From Kiritimatiellia bacterium (GTDB lineage Bacteria > Verrucomicrobiota > Kiritimatiellia > CAIVKH01): a stretch of 64,000 nucleotides of DNA. The first letter of the stretch is position 1; every line of letters starts with the position of its first letter. The notes beneath the pieces are model-generated. The model saw nothing but the letters and a program-made list of their open reading frames with translations. It was not told where the DNA came from and did no database searches. The position numbers and the translations under genes are program-made. Where the stretch lies: NCBI GenBank assembly GCA_035327305.1, contig DAOLDL010000001.1, forward strand, positions 85,561 to 149,560, in the 5' to 3' direction. Positions 1-9,387 of the stretch are shown one piece after another.

Positions 1-472
1 CCAGGCCATCGATGCCGGCCTTCGCCGCGCCAATCGCTTCATGATTGGGCAGTCCGATACCGGTTGCCACCGTGGAAAAAAATACCATGGAACCGCCAGA
101 CCCGAACATGGCTTTTGCACCATGCTTTAAAATGAGAAATGAACTTATAAGATTTGTAGTCAGTGTCGATGTGAATTCCTCAAGCGTCGTAATATGCGCG
201 GGTTTCAGAAGCATCGAACCGACAGCGTGAATAATGCCATCCACTCGACCATGGGTCTGCAAAGCTCTATCCATTAAATCAGCAACACTGGCTTCATCGG
301 TCGCATCACATTTTATTTTCAAGGTGTTGTATTTCGCGGCAACGGAATCAAGTTTTTCCTGATTGCGGGATGATAGAATGAGCCGGAAATTTTGCTGACC
401 CAGTAATTCGGCGGTCGCGGAGCCTATACCGCCACTGGCCCCGATGATCAAGATTACAGGGGCGCCGCTCAT
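1..472 (-). CDS. Short-chain dehydrogenase/reductase (SDR), 5' part; runs off the window start (not in ORF track)
   Basis: Manual translation from ATG at 472: MSGAPVILIIGASGGIGSATAELLG (Rossmann GxxxGxG) ... DGIIHAVG ... FSTVATGIGLPNHEAIGAAKAGIDGL (catalytic Tyr position is His/Ile-like, K retained). Confidence 0.85.
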   Translation of the reverse strand, partial: MSGAPVILIIGASGGIGSATAELLGQQNFRLILSSRNQEKLDSVAAKYNTLKIKCDATDEASVADLMDRALQTHGRVDGIIHAVGSMLLKPAHITTLEEFTSTLTTNLISSFLILKHGAKAMFGSGGSMVFFSTVATGIGLPNHEAIGAAKAGIDGL

Positions 473-477
473 GGACG

Positions 478-2451
478 TCACGCGGAATGATGTTGATCCG
501 TTGACTTTACCAGGACCAGATGATGATTATCAAGCGTCCGGGTGGCAAATGCCGCTTCACAATATGAAAAGTAATACTTCCACGTCCGGTAAAATACATC
601 ATCAAAACCCATGCGTGTCAGTTCGTCGCGCTTACTGTCCAGGCGACCACTCCAATGTCTAAGGGTCGTTGCGTAATGCACGCCTATGGTTTCAGCCTTT
701 GCTATCAGGAGTTTGGAGCTTGCGGACATTGCCATTGTTAACGCTTCGACAGAGGGTAAATGGCCTCCCGGGAAGATATGTTTTTGAATCCAATCCACAC
801 TTTTACGGTAGGCATTGTACCGTTGATGGGGAATTGTGATGACTTGCAACACGGCTAATCCGTCTTGTTTAAGAACATGGTCGATGGTTGAAAAATACGT
901 TTCAAAATGCTCGTGCCCTACGGCTTCGATCATTTCAACGGAAACCACGCGGTCAAATTCTCCTTCGACATCGCGGTAATCGCGAAGCAGGATTGTAACT
1001 TTGTCCTCCAATCGCTCTTTTTTAACCCGGTTTACGGCATAGTCATATTGTTCCCGCGATATGGTGATTCCCGTGACTTTGCACCCGACCGATCGTGCAA
1101 TTTCAATCGCCAGTCCACCCCAACCGCATCCGATTTCAAGCACATGATGATGCGGCTCCAGCCTGGCTTTATCAATCAGCGCATTCATTTTGTTCCGCTG
1201 TGCCTGTTCCAGGTCATCATCCGGCGAAGAAAACACCGCGGCGGAGTAAAGCATGGTAGGGTCGAGGAATAGGCTGAAAAAATCATTGCTCAAGTCGTAA
1301 TGAGCCTCAATGTTCTTGCGGCTTATTCTTTTGGTGTTGGAACGGAGCAAGTGACCGGTTCGGTTGACCAGCCATTTCAGGCGGGACGTGGAATACTCTC
1401 CGTTTTTAAATGAATCACGGTTTGAAATCAGAAAACCCACCAATCCGGTCAGGTCCGGGGTTTCCCATTGCCCGTACATATATGCTTCGCCCAGCCCGAT
1501 ATCGCCATCCAGCAGAACACGCCTGAAAAAAGTATAATCCTTGATGATAATTTGGGCGGTAACCGATACTCCCGGGGATCCATGGGTTTCCTGATTCCCG
1601 TCCGGCATGGTTACGAGCAAGGATCCATGATTGATACGTTTCAAAAGACTGCGAAACAGGCGAATTCCGACCTTTTCGATGATATTTGGTTTGGCAATTT
1701 TAATTGTCATAATGTTGTTTGGCGCTGGTTTTGGAAAATATCGCATCTTTTTTCGAAAATACAAATGAGCGGCGTGAAAATGTATCCGGGGCAGGGTGAG
1801 TACATTTTGGATTGGAAACGACACAAGCGTTTTCAGAACGGATTTTCCGGTAATGGGTGCAGATTCCAAACCAACCAGGCCGCTACGGAAAACGACGACC
1901 CCATCCTTTTCCAGATCCACATGGATTTCCAGCCGGTCCTCATCTTGTTTGATCCGGAAATGATAATTACCTTTACGATCATTAAACGGAGAAACATGAA
2001 ATGTTTTTTGAGACTGAAAACGTAGATCGCCCGGCGGATGTTCCATGGGATCCCGCAATGCATAAACATGCCGTTCGCCAAAGGTATTGTTGACTTCCGC
2101 AACCGCGGCAATGATCCGGCCTCCGGTATCATAGCCAAGGTAAAAGGAAACAGGATTGAAAACATACCCGAACACCCTGGGTACTGTAACGAGAACAACG
2201 TTGCTCACCAGCGGCGAATCGAAGTAGGCGGATATCCCATCAATTAAAGGCTCGGCGCGGCCATTGAGGTAGTCACGGTCGTATAATGATAAAATATTCC
2301 GCTTGTTGTAGCCAATAAAGCGTGAAATATATTTATCATTCTTCAATTGATTCAAATTAAATGCCGCAAAAAAGGCGGGATAGTTAAATTGATGAACCTT
2401 GGGGGCCTCCCGGCGGTGATAAATACGCCCTTTGTATATCCGGCCAATCAC
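478..2451 (-). CDS. Fusion: DUF1365 domain + cyclopropane-fatty-acyl-phospholipid synthase-family SAM methyltransferase
   Basis: N-half has DUF1365 motifs (HRR..P..H.F.Y, PRVFGYVFNPVSFY, AEVNNTFGERH, KTFHVSPF). C-half has Cfa motifs (GLGEAYM, NIEAHYDLSNDFF, VLEIGCGWG, SVEMIEAVG, IQKHIFPGG, WKYYFSYCEAAF). True start is probably GTG at 2451, overlapping the upstream stop (GTGA); the ORF track extends to 2541. Confidence 0.9.
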   Translation of the reverse strand: MIGRIYKGRIYHRREAPKVHQFNYPAFFAAFNLNQLKNDKYISRFIGYNKRNILSLYDRDYLNGRAEPLIDGISAYFDSPLVSNVVLVTVPRVFGYVFNPVSFYLGYDTGGRIIAAVAEVNNTFGERHVYALRDPMEHPPGDLRFQSQKTFHVSPFNDRKGNYHFRIKQDEDRLEIHVDLEKDGVVVFRSGLVGLESAPITGKSVLKTLVSFPIQNVLTLPRIHFHAAHLYFRKKMRYFPKPAPNNIMTIKIAKPNIIEKVGIRLFRSLLKRINHGSLLVTMPDGNQETHGSPGVSVTAQIIIKDYTFFRRVLLDGDIGLGEAYMYGQWETPDLTGLVGFLISNRDSFKNGEYSTSRLKWLVNRTGHLLRSNTKRISRKNIEAHYDLSNDFFSLFLDPTMLYSAAVFSSPDDDLEQAQRNKMNALIDKARLEPHHHVLEIGCGWGGLAIEIARSVGCKVTGITISREQYDYAVNRVKKERLEDKVTILLRDYRDVEGEFDRVVSVEMIEAVGHEHFETYFSTIDHVLKQDGLAVLQVITIPHQRYNAYRKSVDWIQKHIFPGGHLPSVEALTMAMSASSKLLIAKAETIGVHYATTLRHWSGRLDSKRDELTRMGFDDVFYRTWKYYFSYCEAAFATRTLDNHHLVLVKSTDQHHSA

Positions 2452-3716
2452 AGCGATACTCCAAATTCTTTGGCAACCATGACGGCCGATCGAACCGCGT
2501 CTTCGTGAAAGCCGTAGCCAAAATAGCTTCCGCAGAACCATGTCCGGTTCTTTCCATTTAGTCCGGGCAATTGATTTTGCGTAGCAACCGCATTCCGGTC
2601 GTAGACCGGGTGCATATACTCGATTTCACGCACGATGGTTCCCGGTTTCGGTTCACGATCAGGATTCAAAGTTACACAATAGGTGTCGTTGGTTTTCAAG
2701 CCTTGCAATAGGTTCATATAATACGTTACCGGCACCGGGGCATCCGGTTTCAATCGATCGTGCTCCATGTAATTCCAAGATGCCCAGGCCTTCTTGTCCG
2801 GAGGAAGAAACGATGTGTCGGTATGAAGCAAAGTCCGGTTTTTCTGGTAACGCCAAGCCGCCAAAAGCCTGGTCTCGTCAGAAGTTGGCTTGTCAAGCAA
2901 GGCAAGCGCTTCATCCGCATGCGTTGCAATTACAACATCGTCAAAATAGTCCGTTTCACCATTGGCATGAATAATTTCCACACCCTTGTCGTTTCGGCGA
3001 ATCGTATGAATACGCGCGCCCAGGCGGATTTGGCCGCAAAAGGACCGGGAAAAAGCCTTTATATACTGATGACTGCCACCCACCACGGTTTGCCACCGCG
3101 GGCGGTTAGCAAGTGAGAGTAGTCCGTGATTTTTCCAAAAGGATAAAAGTGTCCGGGCCGGAAAATCCATTATATCCGCCTGGGTGGCGGACCATATGGC
3201 GGCCGCCATGGGTATGATGTAACAGTTGCGGGTTTGCGCTGATATGTTTCGTGTGTATTCGCCAAGGGTGACATCGCCTACGCGATCATTCATCAAATCA
3301 TTGATGGCTCTTTTGCCAAAGCCGACAATCTCATGCAGGAATCGGTAAAACGATGGGCGAAGCAGGTTGCGTTTTTGAGCAAACAATCCCGACAAATTTG
3401 TCCCGGCATAGTAGAAGCCCGACTTTTGCGAATAGTAGCCGAACGACATGTCGCTGAACCGGACCGGGCAATTCAATTCAGAAAGGAACTTGTGGAGCAG
3501 TGGATACGTCTGATCATTAAGCACAATAAATCCGGTATCAACGGGTGTTCCGGAGTCCGGTCCATCGTCGATGACAATGGTGTTGGTATGACCACCAAGC
3601 CGCCGGGACTTTTCATAGATTGTCACATTTGCGTTTCTCTGCAATAAATGCGAAGCAACAATTCCGGCCACCCCGGCGCCCACCACGGCTATTTTATTTA
3701 CAGAATTCTCGCTCAT
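2448..3716 (-). CDS. FAD-dependent oxidoreductase (amine-oxidase-like; UfaD/Rv0449c type)
   Basis: IAVVGAGVAG dinucleotide fold, LGGHTNT, VDTGFIVLN, DMSF, WASWNY, GSYFGYGFHEDAVRSA; coupled to the DUF1365-Cfa gene. Confidence 0.9.
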   Translation of the reverse strand: MSENSVNKIAVVGAGVAGIVASHLLQRNANVTIYEKSRRLGGHTNTIVIDDGPDSGTPVDTGFIVLNDQTYPLLHKFLSELNCPVRFSDMSFGYYSQKSGFYYAGTNLSGLFAQKRNLLRPSFYRFLHEIVGFGKRAINDLMNDRVGDVTLGEYTRNISAQTRNCYIIPMAAAIWSATQADIMDFPARTLLSFWKNHGLLSLANRPRWQTVVGGSHQYIKAFSRSFCGQIRLGARIHTIRRNDKGVEIIHANGETDYFDDVVIATHADEALALLDKPTSDETRLLAAWRYQKNRTLLHTDTSFLPPDKKAWASWNYMEHDRLKPDAPVPVTYYMNLLQGLKTNDTYCVTLNPDREPKPGTIVREIEYMHPVYDRNAVATQNQLPGLNGKNRTWFCGSYFGYGFHEDAVRSAVMVAKEFGVSL

Positions 3717-3717
3717 A

Positions 3718-4248
3718 TCACATCACGCTACTATTGGCCGTCCAGTTGCTTTTCCACCACTCCAGCATTCTCGAAAACTCCTGGGTAAACTGGGGCGTGA
3801 ATATTTCGTAATCCAACTGACTGCTTATTTCCGCTATTGTCCAAAACCGACCTTCGGATATTTCCCGGGGATCCAGTGAAAATGGTCCTTCGTGGACGGT
3901 GGCAAAGGTTGTGATCTTTTCCGTCTCAATTTGAGATTGCCAGAAGTATGAGTAAGCAAACTTGAGAAGTTTGGGTGTAACGCCTAATTCTTCGCGCATT
4001 TCCCGAACGGCGGCTTTTTCCGCAGATTCGCCCGCGTTGGGGTGTCCACCCACGGATGTATCCCAGCGGTTGGGCTGGACGTCTTTGGCGGCGGAACGTT
4101 TCTGCAGGAATAAACGTCCATCTTGTGAGAATACCAGGACATGTACGGCATGATGAATCAGTCCCGGATGTTTGTGACAGACGGACCGCGGCGCGAAGCC
4201 GATTACTTCGCCTTGGACATTGATTAAATCAAACCATTCCTCTTTCAT
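3718..4248 (-). CDS. NUDIX hydrolase (YfcD/IDI-like subfamily)
   Basis: Nudix box GGHPNAGESAEKAAVREMREELG; LFLQKRSAAKD..P..WDTSVGGH. Start placed at ATG 4248 (MKEEWFDL); the longer ORF overlaps ctaA. Confidence 0.88.
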   Translation of the reverse strand: MKEEWFDLINVQGEVIGFAPRSVCHKHPGLIHHAVHVLVFSQDGRLFLQKRSAAKDVQPNRWDTSVGGHPNAGESAEKAAVREMREELGVTPKLLKFAYSYFWQSQIETEKITTFATVHEGPFSLDPREISEGRFWTIAEISSQLDYEIFTPQFTQEFSRMLEWWKSNWTANSSVM

Positions 4249-4254
4249 GTGCCC

Positions 4255-4263
4255 AGTATAACA
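4255..4263 (-). promoter_or_regulatory. Extended -10 promoter (TGT-TATACT) 6 nt before the NUDIX ATG; leaderless-type
   Basis: Minus strand reads TGTTATACT-GGGCAC-ATG; no Shine-Dalgarno. Confidence 0.65.
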
Positions 4264-4304
4264 TGCTTTTGCGCTATTTTCATCTCTATGATTGATACAT
4301 GGGG

Positions 4305-4334
4305 TTGGATTTTGCCCGGGGTAAAGAGTATGGT
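4305..4334 (+). promoter_or_regulatory. Putative sigma70 promoter of ctaA (TTGGAT-N18-TATGGT), 6 nt before ATG 4341
   Basis: TATGGT-GCGCGA-ATG; divergent from the NUDIX promoter. Confidence 0.45.
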
Positions 4335-4340
4335 GCGCGA

Positions 4341-5393
4341 ATGAATCGTCAAATGGAAATGGTTGATCTTCATCCGGTCCGGATTTGGCTCGGACTTGTT
4401 CTGGGCATGATATTGCTGATCGTTGCCGTGGGGGGAATAACCAGGCTGACGGAGTCTGGCCTGTCAATGGTAACGTGGGAACCTATTCTGGGAATCATTC
4501 CGCCATTAAGCGAAGCGGAATGGGAAAGGCGGTTTGACCAATACCGGCAGTTCCCGGAGTATCAGCAATTGCGCAAGGGAATGACCATGGACGAATTCAA
4601 GGTCATATTTTTCTGGGAGTACTTTCATCGTTTACTGGGACGACTGCTCGGGGTCATATATGCCATCCCTCTATTCTGGTTCTGGCTAAAAAAACACTTG
4701 GATCGCGACCTCAAAATCAAGCTTCTGACAGGACTTTTTCTTGGCGGAGGCCAGGGCGTTATGGGCTGGTATATGGTTAAAAGCGGGTTGGTCAATGATC
4801 CCTATGTGAGCCATTACCGCCTTGCCGCCCATCTGGGGCTGGCATTTATCGTGTTTGGATACTTGTTATGGGTCTTGCTTACCATTCAGGAGCGCAAAAA
4901 CGAATGGCCTCCGGCTTCCCGCAGATCAAAAATCTGGTGCTCGACGCTTGGCCTTTTGCTTTGCGTTCAAATTCTGTGGGGCGCTTTCGTCGCCGGACTT
5001 AATGCCGGCTACTTTTACAATACATTTCCGACCATGCAAGGCCATTGGATCGCCCCGTATTGGAACCAATTGTCGCCCTTGTGGCTGAATGCTTTCGACA
5101 ATCCGATTGCCGTGCAGTGGATCCACCGTACGCTGGGAATATTTCTGACTCTTCTAGCGATGGCGGCATGGGTTGATTTGCGTCGTGATCCCTCCATGAT
5201 TGAACTGCGTCGGACAGGTTTTTCATGGTTCATCGGGACGCTGTTGTTGCAGTTCTGGTTGGGTGTTTTCACATTGGTCCTTTCCGTACCCATCGCACTG
5301 GCGGTTATGCACCAAGTCACGGCTTGTATATTGGTGGGGCTTGCCGTAATCATGAATTACGCGCTATTTTCAACACATGAGAGACATCGGTAA
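4341..5393 (+). CDS. ctaA: Heme A synthase (COX15/CtaA)
   Basis: VGGITRLTESGLSM..W.PI.G.IPP, FFWEYFHRLLGR, GWYMVKSGL, YRLAAHL, QWIHR, AVMHQ; multiple TM helices. Start 4341 preferred over 4299. Confidence 0.93.
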   Translation: MNRQMEMVDLHPVRIWLGLVLGMILLIVAVGGITRLTESGLSMVTWEPILGIIPPLSEAEWERRFDQYRQFPEYQQLRKGMTMDEFKVIFFWEYFHRLLGRLLGVIYAIPLFWFWLKKHLDRDLKIKLLTGLFLGGGQGVMGWYMVKSGLVNDPYVSHYRLAAHLGLAFIVFGYLLWVLLTIQERKNEWPPASRRSKIWCSTLGLLLCVQILWGAFVAGLNAGYFYNTFPTMQGHWIAPYWNQLSPLWLNAFDNPIAVQWIHRTLGIFLTLLAMAAWVDLRRDPSMIELRRTGFSWFIGTLLLQFWLGVFTLVLSVPIALAVMHQVTACILVGLAVIMNYALFSTHERHR

Positions 5394-6285
5394 AATACAA
5401 GACGAAGAAAAAGCAAAACTTTTTTGCGATTACTTGTTCAATCAAGGCATTAATAGCCATGTGGAAAAACATTCGGATGGCGCGTGGGTTGTCTGGGTTG
5501 AGGAAGAGGACCGGTTGGACGAAGCAACTCAACGTCTTGCTGAATTCGAGTCCGGTTTTGACAAGTCCAAATTTATAGAAGGCGCGTCCGGGGCGGATGA
5601 TCGTCGCAAGGCACAGGAAAAAAATAATAAGGAATACGCAAAAAAAATGCGTACTGGCGCGGATGTTTTCAACACGTATGGTATCGCCGGCATGGGAAAG
5701 ATTACGTTTGTGTTGATAGCCTTGAGTGTTATTGCCACTTTGCTGACCAACTTCGGGAAAAATGACAACCTCTTTCAAAGAATCGCCATTGCGGAAACCT
5801 TTACATTGCCCGGTGAGGGCAGGGTGTATTACCGGCATTTGCTGGAAGTGCGAAACGGCGAGGTCTGGCGTTTGGTAACGCCGATATTCGTGCATTTTAA
5901 CCTACTTCACATCCTCTTCAATATGATGTGGTTGCGTGACCTCGGGAGCGCGGTTGAACACTTGAGACGCATCCGGTTCTATCTCCTTTTTATTTTGATT
6001 GTCTCCATCGCTTCCAATGTCGGTCAGTTCTACATGTCCGGCCCGGGTTTTGGAGGTATGTCCGGCGTTGTTTATGCCTTGTTGGGATACGTTTGGATGC
6101 AAAGCCGGTTCAATCCGTGGTCCGGCTTTGTTCTGCACTCCATGACGGTTCAAATGATGCTGGTGTGGTTCTTTCTGTGTTTGAGCGGTTTAGTGGGTAA
6201 CATTGCCAACACGGCTCATGCGGTGGGATTGGCGGCAGGAATTGTCTGGGGTTATATTGATGCCAGACGGCGGGTTCCCGAATAA
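5377..6285 (+). CDS. Rhomboid intramembrane serine protease (GlpG-like) with N-terminal soluble domain
   Basis: WRLVTPIFVHFNLLHILFNM, catalytic GGMSG, ANTAHAVG. Confidence 0.9.
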   Translation: MRDIGKIQDEEKAKLFCDYLFNQGINSHVEKHSDGAWVVWVEEEDRLDEATQRLAEFESGFDKSKFIEGASGADDRRKAQEKNNKEYAKKMRTGADVFNTYGIAGMGKITFVLIALSVIATLLTNFGKNDNLFQRIAIAETFTLPGEGRVYYRHLLEVRNGEVWRLVTPIFVHFNLLHILFNMMWLRDLGSAVEHLRRIRFYLLFILIVSIASNVGQFYMSGPGFGGMSGVVYALLGYVWMQSRFNPWSGFVLHSMTVQMMLVWFFLCLSGLVGNIANTAHAVGLAAGIVWGYIDARRRVPE

Positions 6286-6317
6286 GATTAACAATCGACG
6301 CAGGTGAAGCTATACTA

Positions 6318-7601
6318 ATGGTATCAATTCAAGGGTTATTCGCCATGAATAAATGTATTACTACGGTCGCTTTACTTATGCTGACGTCGGCTCTTTCCAG
6401 TCATGCCGTTGAAGTTACACAGGTGTGGAACACAACCGAGGACATTCAAGACCGAATTGATAACGCATTGCCGGGGGCTGAAGTATTTGTCGAGGCGGGA
6501 TTGTATCGGGGTACCTTGACCATCAAGGATGGTATTACTTTGGTTGGCGCCGGTGATGCCGTTACCACCATCGATGGCGATGGCGCCCCGGAGGTAATAC
6601 TATTCGGGAAAGAATCAGCCTTGATCGGTTTCACCATCAGGGGTGGTGAAGTTCTCGCGGCCAATCGGGGCAATTTTATCGGTATATTTGAATGCACATT
6701 TGAAGATTTCGCTCGTATTGGTATTTACTTTGAAGGCGGGTCCGGTGTTGTCGCCCAGAATATTCTTCGTGGGAATGGGCAATCCACCGCAATATTGAGC
6801 ATATCCGCCAATCCTCTGATCATTAACAATCTAATTGAAAACAATGCCATTGGTTTTCAATGGCATCATCACATGATTCCGACATTACTGGGGAACCTGT
6901 TTCTCAACAACCGGGTTGCAGTCGGTGGCAGTTCCAGTTCAAGCATTGTCATGCGGGGAAATCTGTTTGACGGCAACGCTGTTGCAACCGCTTTTGGTCC
7001 GCTTCCTCCCGGCAACGAAATCAAGTCCGTAGACATCGGGGAATTCGTTTTACAGCGCGGAAGACCGATACGCGGTTATCGCGACCTGATGGATACCACA
7101 TACGTTGAGGTGATCAAGGATCATCCCATTATCGTATACGATCTTCCGCAACAAGCCGGATCATTCAGTGCAATTACCTTGTTCCCGTGGGCAACCTTCA
7201 CCGTGGCCGCCTCGGCCATTGACACCAGGATTGCCTCTTTTGAAGCGTACGACTGGGTGGCTGACCGAGCCTTGAACGCCGTGTACCAACAAGACGATGC
7301 CAATCGTCCGTCGGTACGGGTTTTCAATCCTGAATTGTTGGAGAAAATGCGCGAGCGTTATGTGCTGGAAAATATCTACATTCACCCGGCCTCTTATTAT
7401 GACGATGAAAACGGGTTGCGAATTTTCCGCCGGGTTACAAATGTCGCACAAATCGAAGTCATGATTCCACGTGGTTACCGGGTTGTTTCAAGTAAGCCGG
7501 AGGCTTTGGTTCTTGGAGATCAAAACCGCACCTGGTTAAGTATCCATGATTTGGGTTTCACGGATGTGGAGGTCATCTTGGAAAAAGTCGTCACACCTTG
7601 A
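6318..7601 (+). CDS. Secreted parallel beta-helix (pectin-lyase-like/NosD-like) protein with unknown C-terminal domain
   Basis: Signal peptide (MNKCITTVALLMLTSALSSHA, likely start 6345); IQDRIDNA...V.V.AG.Y; repeated N..I.NN.I..N.IG beta-helix rungs. Confidence 0.6.
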   Translation: MVSIQGLFAMNKCITTVALLMLTSALSSHAVEVTQVWNTTEDIQDRIDNALPGAEVFVEAGLYRGTLTIKDGITLVGAGDAVTTIDGDGAPEVILFGKESALIGFTIRGGEVLAANRGNFIGIFECTFEDFARIGIYFEGGSGVVAQNILRGNGQSTAILSISANPLIINNLIENNAIGFQWHHHMIPTLLGNLFLNNRVAVGGSSSSSIVMRGNLFDGNAVATAFGPLPPGNEIKSVDIGEFVLQRGRPIRGYRDLMDTTYVEVIKDHPIIVYDLPQQAGSFSAITLFPWATFTVAASAIDTRIASFEAYDWVADRALNAVYQQDDANRPSVRVFNPELLEKMRERYVLENIYIHPASYYDDENGLRIFRRVTNVAQIEVMIPRGYRVVSSKPEALVLGDQNRTWLSIHDLGFTDVEVILEKVVTP

Positions 7602-7632
7602 CCTCCAGGCTGAATAAAGCATTGCAATTCGC

Positions 7633-9348
7633 ATGAAACATTGTGTGCTTGACGGAATTGGTCCTTTTTTCCGCCATCACCCGGCCGGGCGCATCAATTG
7701 GTCAAAAATCCCGTTTTCCAGCATCGAGCAGGACGGGGGCATTCCTCAACAAACACATGACCAAATTATCCGCGATTTCGAGGTTGTATGCCGTACCGCT
7801 TCGGAATGGGGTTATAACATCATTACCCTGGATGACCTTGCTCACCTTTCACCGCATGCGGATTATCAGGAGTCCCTGAATCGAAAACTTTCCGACTACG
7901 GCAAACTTTATCGTGAATTGTTTGCCACATCCCGCCGTTACGGGCTGAATGTTTGGATAACGACGGATATCATGTTTTATGAGGCTGGCCGGCGTCCGGA
8001 CTCCGGCAACCAGTTGGAATATGCGTGCTCACGGCTTGCGGAAATCCTCGGGAAAGTGTTTGAGGCATATCCTGAAGTAACCGGTGTGATATTTCGTATC
8101 GGCGAATCCGACGGACATGACGTGCAGGGTGATTTTATCAGTCAAATGATCATTCGTTCGCCTCGTCAGGGGCGGCAGTTGATTGACGCAATTCTTCCTG
8201 TATTTGAGCGATTCAATCGTTTGTTAATTTTTCGCACCTGGTCGGTGGGCGCTTATAAAATCGGTGATTTAATCTGGAACCAAAAGACCTACGACAAATT
8301 GTTTGGCGGTATATCATCCGAACAACTACTCGTATCCATCAAATACGGTGAATCCGACTTTTTTCGATACCTCCGGCTGAATCCTCTGTTTCGCAAATCC
8401 GGTCCGGGAAAAATCATCGAATTACAAGCCCGTCGCGAGTACGAGGGATTTGGTGAATACCCGTCGTTTATCGGGCGCGATTTCGAGCACTATCGAAACG
8501 AAGTTAAAACGATGCCGGATGTCATGGGTTTTTCCGTGTGGTGCCAGACCGGTGGTTGGTCCTCGTACCGGCGATTGACATTTCTTGATAAAAACGCCAT
8601 CTGGAATGAAATCAACACCTGGATCTGTGTCAAATTGTTTAAGGACGGCCTGACTGCGGAAGGCGCGGTTCGCGGCTATTTCCAGAATTCCAACTTGTCC
8701 GGTCGCTGGGACCAGTTGCTTGAATTGCTGGATCGGTCAGAAACGGTTGTCAAAAATGTGCTCTACCTGGATGACTTTGCCGGTCGCCGGATCTATTTTC
8801 GGCGTCTTCGAATTCCGCCGCTTCTGGCGGTCTATTGGGACCGTATCTTTATCAACGGCGCATTGAGAAAAATTCAACGTTGTTTTGTTTATGATGGCGA
8901 GTTGAAGATTCAGCAGGCAATTGACGGGTTGAAGCAATTGGACCGAATGAAGGAGCTGGCGGCTGTTCTATCCCTGCCGGTTGATGATATTGAATTCGAA
9001 CAGGACACGTTGCGCCTCCTGGCATTGGCCCGTATTTATTACTTTCGCGATGTCGATGAAGAAATACTTTTCCGGTTGACGGAGGCCGTCGCGGAGTATC
9101 AACAACGATACGGTGACCGCGCATATCATGTTTCGCTGGATACCAAGCATTGGAAGATGAGTCGGACGTGGCTCAAACGCGTGTTTTCCATCCTGTTGCG
9201 CGAAAAACGCTCCTACCGATGGTTGGACAGGATCATTACCATCCGCATTTTATCCATGCTTTATGTGATCAGCCGACCGTTCCGCAAGAAATTTGTCCCT
9301 GAATTCGCCCGCAAGCAGGCCATGGGTATTGACGTAATCTTCAGATAG
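7633..9348 (+). CDS. Hypothetical protein with remote GH67-like TIM-barrel motifs and basic/hydrophobic C-terminus
   Basis: 571-aa ORF with codon style like its neighbours; motifs FRIGESDG, FRTW, SIKYGESDFF, ELQARREYEG. Confidence 0.5.
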   Translation: MKHCVLDGIGPFFRHHPAGRINWSKIPFSSIEQDGGIPQQTHDQIIRDFEVVCRTASEWGYNIITLDDLAHLSPHADYQESLNRKLSDYGKLYRELFATSRRYGLNVWITTDIMFYEAGRRPDSGNQLEYACSRLAEILGKVFEAYPEVTGVIFRIGESDGHDVQGDFISQMIIRSPRQGRQLIDAILPVFERFNRLLIFRTWSVGAYKIGDLIWNQKTYDKLFGGISSEQLLVSIKYGESDFFRYLRLNPLFRKSGPGKIIELQARREYEGFGEYPSFIGRDFEHYRNEVKTMPDVMGFSVWCQTGGWSSYRRLTFLDKNAIWNEINTWICVKLFKDGLTAEGAVRGYFQNSNLSGRWDQLLELLDRSETVVKNVLYLDDFAGRRIYFRRLRIPPLLAVYWDRIFINGALRKIQRCFVYDGELKIQQAIDGLKQLDRMKELAAVLSLPVDDIEFEQDTLRLLALARIYYFRDVDEEILFRLTEAVAEYQQRYGDRAYHVSLDTKHWKMSRTWLKRVFSILLREKRSYRWLDRIITIRILSMLYVISRPFRKKFVPEFARKQAMGIDVIFR

Positions 9349-9387
9349 TGGCGTCCCCCGGCCAAATCTCGTCCGAAAAAATCATTT

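Noticed and set aside
4249-4467. Long N-terminal extension of the NUDIX ORF; likewise extensions at 2452-2541, 12793-12936, 30809-30886, 38435-38497 and 54709-54850
   Set aside because: They overlap neighbouring genes or promoters and lack family similarity; downstream starts fit the motifs and promoter spacing.
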